Positions 54,606-64,000 of a DNA stretch of 64,000 bases are shown here, one piece after another. The DNA is taken from the NCBI GenBank assembly GCA_016748015.1, contig JAAOMT010000316.1:33886-97885 (forward strand), read 5' to 3'. Positions within the stretch are counted from its first letter, which is position 1. Every line of letters starts with the position of its first letter. A model generated the notes under the pieces. That model worked only from the letters and a program-made list of their open reading frames with translations, was not told where the DNA came from and did no database searches. The position numbers and the translations under genes were made by a program. The DNA comes from Geosiphon pyriformis uo1. Taxonomy: Eukaryota > Fungi > Glomeromycota.

Positions 54606-55609
54606 ATGAAAGTCACGATCAAATTGCATTCTAATTATACCACAGGTTTTACAATTTGTATTTGGTTAAATTTAATGAAACTAAATTTAGGTAAAAAGGA
54701 GGTAAGCTACTGCAAATAATCCGCTTTCAATAAATAGAAAAATTTTCTTATTCACCTATGAACTAGCTGATGGTTACTAGCCAAGAGTATCATAAAATTC
54801 CTAGCCTAAGATATCATTGGACTTCGGAAGAAAAACAAACCCTCATTGAGCTATATAAGAAGTACGGTTCAAATTGGAAGCTGATTTCTCAGAAATATTT
54901 TCAATCAAGAACGATCCAAGCTCTGCGAAGTAAATTTTATAGTTTAAGTACTGGCGAAAGTATTGTTGATGATAGATTAACTAAAAAGGCACAGAAATGG
55001 ACACTTAGAGAGGATGAGGAGCTACAATTGGCTGCCAAGAAATATTTAATTCATGGTAAAATCAATTGGAGATCCATATTTTTAACTGGCTGTTTCCCTA
55101 AAAGAAGTGCTAAAAGTTTAGCGAATCGGTATCACGGTGTTTTAACGAAACCAAAACGTGGCCCATGGTCTAGAAATGAAGATGAACAACTGCGCAATTT
55201 AGTTCAGACACACGGTGAAAAATGGACAAAAATAAGTCATATTCTTCAAAGGCCTCCTAAGCTCATACGACAGAAATATATCCGCTACTTTGCACCGGGG
55301 ATTAAAATTGGTCGTTGGACACCTGAAGAATTCAAAATATTGGCTGAGGAGGTGGGAAATTTAAATGAAAATTGGAACGAAATTCAGGAATTAATACCCG
55401 GGCGACCTTTAAGTGATATCAAAAGAACTTATTATAACTCCCCAAAAGTTCAAAGGAAGTTCAATAGTGGAAAATGGAATGATATAGAAATAAATACCTT
55501 AAATGAAGCATTCAAAAGATTTGGTAAAAATCTTCATAAGCTTTCAGAGGCTGTAATTACGAGAAGTCCCAAACAATGTTATGAAAGGATGCAAAAGAAA
55601 ACAATTTGA
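54606..55609 (+). CDS. Five-repeat Myb/SANT protein, copy A4
   Basis: Exon 1 54606-54701, intron 54702-54766, exon 2 54767-55609 open (279-aa ORF). Confidence 0.9.
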
Positions 55610-56878
55610 AATGTGGGCTTTTTTTGGCTCTGATTCGAATTTTTTATAACGAAGATGAGTTAGAATTAAATTTGGATAGAAGATTCCAGATACATTTTTA
55701 TAAAAGCAAATATTGATAAACCACCATATTATAGTTTGAATTAACAATTTTTTTTGAAGAAAAAATAAAATAATTATAGTATAATAATCACTAAGAATGT
55801 TCCTTAACATCGAAACTTTTTTATTTGATAATTAGAAGTAACCGTGATTTCTTATTTTATATTAAAAGATAATAAATATTTTATTCACCATAAGCGTTCT
55901 ACGCATAAAAACCATTATGCCTTCCGCAATTCCTTTAAATAAATAATCGCCCACAAAAAGATTTAACACAAAAAAATTCAAAATATTTTTACTCAAAGAG
56001 CTCTACACAAAAAAAGAGACTTATTTAATTATCTAAACCCAAAAGTAAATGGTTTAATACAGCCAATAATATTTAAAAAAAAAATGTGCTATAGAAAACA
56101 TCATCAGATTTCTATTGATTCAAAACTTATTTTTAAAGTTTCTTTGTACAATTAGGTACCAAGTGATTATTGGAGTGTGATTGAAAGCTGGGCCTTTTAA
56201 GAACATCGCTTATTTTTGCTGTTTATTCTTTGCTTGCGTCGATATATTTTTATTACCTCTTCCGCCTTATAAATTCTTTTCTAATTAAAAAAATAACAAA
56301 GCGAAGATTTTAGACAAGTTCTAGATTTTTCCAGCAGCGCACTTGCTATTAGGTGAGTGACCCCTCAGGAAGTATTTGTGATAGTGAAAAAAAATTTTGC
56401 GTTAATGTTATTTATAAAATCCCAATCGAAGTTTGTTAGAGGTGTGACTTTAAATGATTGAGCCCTTGAGTAAAGAGAAAATAACTTTCAAACTTGAGAT
56501 TAAAGGGGAAATATTATTCCTCATTAAAGTGTCTATTCTATAAGTGCTAAACTGTCAGCAGAAAGTTTTATTTAAAGTTCAATATAAAAAATTTTTGCTC
56601 AATAAAAATTTATTCATTTATTTTGAGTAGAGTGGGGCTCAAAATAACTAATCTTAATCATATATAAATTGATTAAAATCAGCTAATACTTTTCATAACC
56701 TAATTCACCGAATTATGAAAGCATCAAGTTTTTTTGAAGATGGTTGATTATTAGCCTTGAAAAGTTTTAAGTATCACTGCAGGTGGCGTTTATAGAGAAC
56801 AAAGAATTTATTTGTTTTTAGCAATGATCGGCCATATGTTTACAGATATAAACAGAGATTAAAAAAAACAATAATCTT

Positions 56879-57722
56879 ATGTTAAAATCGCAAACCAGTA
56901 ATAAAATAGGTCACGCCCTTTAGGTATGGTTGACTTTAAGGAAACTAAAGTAAGTCACTAAAAATCTTAACTAATTTTTAATTCATCTGATTTAATCTTT
57001 AATATTTAGCCGGCGATTCCCCCGAAATACTAGGAAATAGAAACAATGCTTTTTCAAGAGTTAATCAAAGATGGAGTCTTGAAGAAATTAAAGTCCTTTT
57101 TGAGGCATATAAAGTTTTTGGTCCAAAATGGGAATTAATTTCACAAAAGCAATTTCCATTAAGAATAGCTGGATCTCTCAAAGATAAATGGTATGACTTA
57201 AGAGCTAATGGAGGAATTATCAATCAGAAATTTATTCTAACTTGGGCGCCGGAAGAGGATAAAGAGCTTTATATAGCTGTCATACAACATTCATTCAATA
57301 AAAAAGTCGATTGGAAGGCTATTTTATTCACTGGCCGTTTTCCTGGAAGAAGTAATCAAGACTTATGCAATCGATATTACAATGTTTTAGCGCAATCAAA
57401 ACGTGGTCCATGGACCAAGGAAGAAGATGAAAAACTTTTGAGTTTAGCGCAGAGCCATGGAAAAAGATGGACAGAAATAAGTCATAGCCTTCAAAGGCCC
57501 GCTTGCTCAATTCAATCACATTACAATAACTTTTTGGCACCTGGGATTAAAAAGAGTCGATGGACAAACGAAGAGTTTCATCAATTAGCTAAGGCTTTTC
57601 AAGTTCATGGTGAGAATTGGGAACAAATACAGCAATTACTCCCAGGAAGATCCTTACATCAGATAAGATGCTATTGTCGTCGTTCACCTAAGATTCAGAT
57701 CAAGGGGAAACAAACTCAGTAA
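56879..57722 (+). pseudogene. Four-repeat Myb gene, family B copy B2 (exon 2 open, 5' exon damaged)
   Basis: Open frame 57012-57722 with four Myb repeats. Predicted exon 1 has an in-frame TAG (~56921), and its phase does not match exon 2. Confidence 0.72.
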
Positions 57723-59712
57723 AGATAAGTTTGACCCAACAATTTATAATATATAGAAAGATTTCATGGGCGGAAAATACGCGCAATTAATAAAAAAATT
57801 TGATTCGACCCAAAATTCATAGCAGTACTTTAGGAAGGGGTCTTTTTTCTCAAATACTCACAATTATATATGCATTTATCAGTTCACATTCAAAATTCAC
57901 AACTTGTTGTAAGCTTTTTTTAGCTACTTAGATCCGCAACATAAAATTATTAATTTTTTTATCTTATTGTCAGTAAATTATTGACAAAGTTTCCAAAAGA
58001 TAATAACAGTATTTTTCTAATCATTGAAGCAAAATAATTTTTGGAGGCTTTACAAAGTAGTTTTATTTATTATAAAAAATTTTTAAAGAAAATAAATTAA
58101 ATATATATCGAGTACCCTTTAGTTAAAGAGTCCTAAAAATTTAAGACATGTTTCAAGGTTTTTATTTTTAATATATTAAAAATATTTATTATTATGAATT
58201 CACTTAGGGTTTTGAATTTTTAATCGTTTCTAAAAATTATATCCATCTATTTTTAAAATTATCAAATATAAAAACTTAAAAATTAACTTACCCTCAAGTA
58301 TTTTGAAATTAGCGATAGCAGTATTAATCTTAATATCTAGAGTCCTGGAGTCCTGGTATATATTTTTTTTTGGTTTAAGTATTTATCAATAATTTATTGC
58401 TTTATATTTTATTTGCACAATCAAAATAGCAAATGCGTCAATTAAATGAAAGAAATTATGTGAATACAAAAATTAGTCTTTTTAATTGAAGATCGGTCAA
58501 GCCCATGAACAAAAAATTTAAAAAAAGTTAAATAGCTTGATTATATTAAAAATATCAAATAAGCAAAATTTTGTGATAAAAATGCTATTGAAATAAATTT
58601 TATATAAATATCTAATCAAGTTAAATTAATAATTTTTTATCATCATTACCATTTTACTAATTTTTAAAAACATCAACAATTTTTCATATTATAATATTAA
58701 GTAATTTTAATAAAAATCAATATAAATTTATATGGATACTATTTTTACCTTGCCACACAAATCATCATGACTATTAATATTACCAGAAAATTATCGCAAA
58801 CAATAACTTGTGATGGATATTCTAAAAAAAGTGAAGCACCTGAAATCATCTTTCCTTATTTCACCTTGTTGAGCTGACTAGTTGTTTGTCAATCTTTCGA
58901 ATCTCTCTACCGTTAAAGAAGTTGAACAGAAGTCAAAGAAAACTTGTTTTGGTTGGTTCATTGAGAATTCATTTGATGGCTACGATAAATTGTGACTAAG
59001 ATTTCATCATATTGAAAATATTTAAACATTTTTTATAAAAATTGTCAACGTTAATATTTATGCAATAGTACTTTTGGATATAAATCAAGCTTGCTTATAA
59101 AAAGTTTTTAAAAACCCTCCGATTAATTAAACCACTCTCATTAAACAAGATTTTTATAATCAAGTATTTATATATTGTATAAAAAAAATTAAAATTCCAC
59201 AAATGTCTAAACTCGAATCAAAGCTACATTTAATCCACTATTATACATTTTTAGTTCCAAAAAAAATTTTTCACGACACGTATTTCCCTGTGAAATTTTT
59301 CAAAAACTTTTTCTTGGGATTGTCATTAAAAATATATGTAAGTGAGTTTGAAAGAATAAATTTATTTAATAGTTTGTTGTATTTTATTATTGGTCATTTT
59401 TTGTTAATTCTTTATAACTATAATATCGATGGACTTGCTTGAGAAAAGTAAGGTTAAAAATTTTTGGAGCATTAAAATATAAATCTTTTTTTTGACATTG
59501 AAATAACAACAATTTAATGTAAAGTTTTTCTCTTGCTTGATATTTGTGAATAGTTTGTATCGCAAAAAACTATAAATACCCAATTCTATCAGATGAGAAA
59601 TCACTAAATTAAAAATATCTAATATCTTGTTACTAAAATAAAAAACTAATAGGAGACACAGTTGATATCTGTTATTCAGAATTTTTTTTGTTGTCTATTA
59701 TTTTATTCAAGT

Positions 59713-60731
59713 CTAACTGTTTATCTTTGTTTTCTTTTGCATCTTTTTCCAACATTGTAGGTAACTTCTCGTAGTTACAGCCTCTGAAAGCTTCTGAGGA
59801 TTTTTACCAAATTTTTTGATTGCTTCATTTAAGATATGTATTTCTATATCATTCCATTTTCCACTATTGAAATTCCTTTGAACTTTTGGGGAATTATAAT
59901 AATTGCTTTTAATATCCTGCAAAGGTCGCCTGGGTATTAATTTCTGAATTTCTTCCCAATTCTCATTAAACTTTCCCGCCTCTACAGCCAATATTTCAAA
60001 TTCCTCAGGTGTCCAACAACCAATTTTATTCCCTGGTGACAAAACGCGGTTATAGTGGTTTCGTATGAGCCCAGGAGGTCTTTGAAGAATATGACTTATT
60101 TTTGTCCATTTTTTGCCATGTGTCTGAACTAAATTGTGCAGTTGTTCATCTTCATTTTTAGTCCATGGGCCACGATTTGGTTTCGCTAAAAATTCGTGAT
60201 ACCGATTCACCAAACTTTTAACACTTCTTTTAGGGAAACAGCCAGTTAAAAATATAGATTTCCAATTGATTTTACTATGGATCAAATATTTCTTGGCAGC
60301 CAATTGTAGCTCCTCATCCTCTTTAAGTGTCCATTTCTGCGCCTTTCTAGTTAATCTATCATCAACAATACTCCCACCAGTTCTTAATCTATATAATTTA
60401 CTTCGCAGAGCTTGGATCGTTCTTGATTGAAAATATTTCTGAGAAATCAGCTTCCAATTTGAACCGTACTTCTTTCGTAGCTCAATGAGGTTTTGTTTTT
60501 CTTCCGGAGTCCAGTTACGACGATATCTTAGGCCAGGAATTTTATGATCCTTTTGGCCATTAACCATCACCTAATTCATAGGTGAATAAGAAAACTTTTC
60601 TATTTATTGAAAGCGGATTATTTGCAGTAGCTTACCTCATTTTTACTTAAATTCAGTTTCATTAAATTTGACCAAATACATATTGTAAAACCTGTGGTAT
60701 AATTAGAATGCAATTTGATCGTAGCTTTCAT
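59713..60731 (-). CDS. Five-repeat Myb/SANT protein, copy A5
   Basis: Exon 1 60731-60636, intron 60635-60571, exon 2 60570-59713 open (285-aa ORF). Confidence 0.9.
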
Positions 60732-61649
60732 AGTTTGTGATTGAAAAAAAATAAGTGATAAACATATGTTTCAGTTATTTAATATAGATGACCAATGTGT
60801 CAATCAAACTAAAATAAGAATCCTCAGATATCTGCTAAAACATTTTTTTTAAATCTCAGTTTAAATCATTCAAGTTTATCATATTGAATATGATTGTTGT
60901 AACTTATTTATATTGGAAAATTAGTAAAAAGTTTTACAATTTAATTTTAGCACAATGAATAAAAATCCTAATAAAATACAATAGATAAACAGTTGAAATC
61001 AAAATTTTTTGGGAAATAAGCTTCATTAATTAACTTTTATTGAAAATGACTAAAAAGAAAATTTAATCTTGAATGAATTAGAAAGTTTTTTTTATTAAAG
61101 TAAGCTGCAACAGCAGTTTTTAACCAATCGGCCAAAAACTTACGTCTGCAAATTGCAATTCACTAAAATTCAAATCATTTAATTTGGTGATAGAATTTTA
61201 TTGTAATGATGTTTTAATGTATTTTTATCAGGATGCTTCGAAGATGCTATGAAAGACTGCCTCAGGAGAACTTTTTAATTTCTTTCATTTTTATATGTCA
61301 TTAAAAGATAACGTTTTAATGTTTTATTATACATCTTTTTTATGTTGGAAATCATTATTGAATTCGATTTCGAATATGATTGAATAATATGTTTTTTATA
61401 TGAAATAGTAGTGCTATCAAGATTGTGTGCCATGAAACCTAAATTATAACATTGCCAATTTTAAAATATTATCCCAACTTGCTAACAAACAAGAAAATCT
61501 CCATTTTTTTAAATGCTGATTTGCATTCCCCTCCAAAATTTTCATATACTTTTCCCACTTGCATGAAACACTGGATTCTCAGTGACCTTTTTAATCTTAA
61601 ACACCAGTTTTTTTATGTTTGGATTGAGCTAATATAATAATAAAAATTT

Positions 61650-63040
61650 CTTCAAGAACGAAGACCTGTAGTAATATTATTTTCTAATTTGCAATATATT
61701 TCAAGAGGTAATATAAATTTTTCGTGAATTATCATACTTTGTAACAAGTAAGAAAATTTAAAACCATTGCTTACTATAGTTGAAATACTTCCACCCATTA
61801 AAAAGTTCGAGTCAAAGCCATACTTATGTTTAAATTCTATTAATGTTCTAAAGCTATATTACATAGATTTATTTATGAAAATTTCATTGATTTATTGCAG
61901 AAAAAAATATTCTTTAAAAAAATTAATTGTATATCATTTATAAGCAATCGATTTAATAACCATATTGAGACTTTGATACTTTTTGCTGAGTAGAAATATT
62001 TTAAATTATACATTAGAATACAATCTTAATAAATATAGCTTTCATGAGCAACTTTATTTTGAAAAGAAATGTAGTAAATTAATTTCTAAATAATAGATTA
62101 AGCCTAATTAATTTTTTTTGATTCAGACTGGTTAGTATTAATGTTTTTATCTTGTATTTTATGTATTGTAAAAGCCTGCGGCTTTTATAACTATAATTTC
62201 TGTTTTTGACACACTGATTCATTGTAAAGTTATTTACAGCAATAAAATAGTTAATGAAATAATTAAGAATCCAACTTATATTCTATATAAGAATAATAAT
62301 GATGAAATAATTTAATAGGATGGTCTATCGAATATCAACAAAAATTGGCGAGGGAGGGTTTGGTATAATTTAGCAAACAACATTAATGGATAGATTGATT
62401 GATTGATGATAATTATGTAAAATATCATAGTAAAATGGAATAGAACAAGAATATAAGTTAATAGCTAGGACGAAAGAGATGGAAGTTTCAATAAAATTTA
62501 TGAAGATATCTTTGCAGAATGATGAAAAAGTCTTCAAAGAGATAATCATATTGCTATTATTATTATTGATTAACATAATTAATGACCTATTATTATTCTT
62601 TCAGTTTGATATAAATTTCAAAGAACTATGTTTATTAATATTGTGTGCATATTATTTATCAAAACGCTGAAACACTCTAGTATGGTATTTGCCAGATATG
62701 GACATGTAAAAATATATAACAACAAACATTTATTTGACTAGTTAGCCAGATAAGTTAATAATCGCGCAGCAGGTAGCTTATGGACTTAATATAATTAATT
62801 CTGGTATGGTCAATCGTTATATACCCTCGGAAAACATCCTATAATATGATTATAATAATGTAGGAAGTGGAGACCTCGGATTGAATCAACCATCAAACTC
62901 AGAAACGATAACAGCAACAACATTGGAGAAAAAAAAATATATGGAGTAATTTCATATATTCTACCAGAAATCTTAAGAGGAGAAAAGTTTCTATGGCTAA
63001 TATTCATAATGGCTATTTTAATTGGTCAAATATCTATCAT
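61650..63040 (+). pseudogene. Tyrosine-kinase-like kinase pseudogene
   Basis: KIGEG.GFGII, EVSIKFMK, IAQQVAYGLNIINSGMV, YGVISYILPEILRGEKF; disrupted. Confidence 0.8.
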
Positions 63041-64000
63041 TACCTCAATTTTTTAAAAAAAGTTTAATTAACTCAAAAGTTTATTAATTAAAACTCAATA
63101 GCTTATTAATTTAAACTCAATAGCTTAGAGTCTCTGAAAAATACATTGTAAAAATATTTCTTATTGATCTAGTACCAAAAGCAATTTATTATATAAATTC
63201 TTATTAAATTTCGGTCTTTATAAAAAGACTCTCGCCATTATTTCTTTTCTTAAATAATGTAACGCAAGAACATTTTCAAAATAAGCAAATAAAGACTAAA
63301 AATTGTGGTAAAAATAAATTAAACTCTAAAAGCAAAATCATTTTAATTATTTACTATTTAATAAAATTTTGAATTAATTCAAAATCATGATTTGAAAGGA
63401 TGGCATAGTATCAATATTTAAACAAGCCACTCTTGATTTAAATATTTCTTAAAAGCTTTACCTGAAATCAATATTGCTTATTTTCGCAACAGAAATTTTG
63501 GGCTTCCCATATATAGAACTAACTTTGAAAGTATAGAAAAGAATATGAATTAAAAATTACTTATCCAAATTCTAAAAAAAATTGAATAGCTGAGAAAGCG
63601 CTAGGAAAAATTTACAGTTTCTTAAATTATATTCTATCTTGCTCTTATAACTACGAATTAAGCTTATTATTCATCCCCCTATAGTCAAATTTATTATATA
63701 AAAACATAGCCACAATAAATTATTAAGATAGATTGTTTGTATCGTATGAAAAACTAAAAGAAAAGGTAAATTCTTATCTGAAAGATAAAGGTGTATCCAT
63801 TTTGATTTGAGCTTCTTAGTATTTATACTTAATTCAAATCTCATTATTTTAAACACTATGCAAAAAATCAAAAAACATTTATAAATATAATATTATGCTA
63901 CCATGATAAAAGCTTTTTATGCTATTTTACAAAAAAGAACTTCCATCAACCATCAAATAAAAACGCCATCATAAAGGATGAAAATTATTTAAGCAGCATT

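Larger units (their letters stand above)
45565..58060. repeat. Inverted segmental duplication: B1+A3 block (45565-47010 and 49780-50820, minus) versus A4+B2 block (54530-55690 and 56513-58060, plus)
   Basis: Shared flanks: ACAGAATAGACACTTTAATG (46982) / CATTAAAGTGTCTATTCT (56522), and AGAATCAGAGCCAAGAAAAGCTCA (~49826) / TGGGCTTTTTTTGGCTCTGATTC (~55614). Confidence 0.8.
51560..63040. repeat. Inverted duplication: 51560-53460 versus 61090-63040 (kinase pseudogene plus upstream region, each divergent from a Myb A gene)
   Basis: GTAAGTTTTTGGCCGATTGGTTAAAACTGCT (53401) / AGCAGTTTTTAACCAATCGGCCAAAAACTTAC (61112), and continued colinear homology. Confidence 0.82.

Noticed and set aside
58790-58990. 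Possible kinase C-terminal remnant
   Set aside because: Only faint similarity to the kinase tails; too short and degraded to support.
38094-60570. Diversity-generating retroelement as the source of Myb hypervariability
   Set aside because: No intact RT or template repeat is seen, and substitutions in the variable codons involve all bases, not only adenines.
59203-63871. Short AT-rich ORFs (59203, 59404, 61452, 62370, 62810, 63671 and similar elsewhere)
   Set aside because: I/L/F/K/N-rich chance ORFs, or off-frame pieces of pseudogenes.
1-64000. CRISPR arrays, rRNA or tRNA genes
   Set aside because: No repeat-spacer array or recognisable structural RNA seen by eye; a tRNAscan/Infernal run would be needed to exclude them fully.

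Overview
Very AT-rich eukaryotic (fungal) DNA with short GT-AG introns. The gene and transposon content resembles Glomeromycotina (Geosiphon-like); this is inferred from family resemblance, not a search. 1-20 kb is a transposon graveyard. A full-length but heavily transition-mutated Ty3/Gypsy element (4558-15141, two ~950 bp LTRs) carries gag, protease, a Cys-rich insert, dUTPase, RT, RNase H, integrase and an extra 3' ORF. It is nested in an older Gypsy relic. A 5'-truncated RNase H-bearing LINE with tail and TSD (17301-18932) sits in AT deserts. 20-37 kb holds an Ede1/Eps15-like pseudogene, a decayed Myb-repeat gene, kinase pseudogenes, and three or four class-3 lipase-like paralogues whose catalytic Ser and His are missing. 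37-64 kb is a mosaic of inverted segmental duplications carrying small five-repeat Myb genes (4 intact, 1 pseudogene, 2 damaged copies of a second subfamily), interspersed with dead tyrosine-kinase-like genes. The most striking signal is that the Myb paralogues keep their scaffold but are hypervariable in the predicted DNA-recognition helices. This suggests a rapidly diversifying sequence-recognition system.
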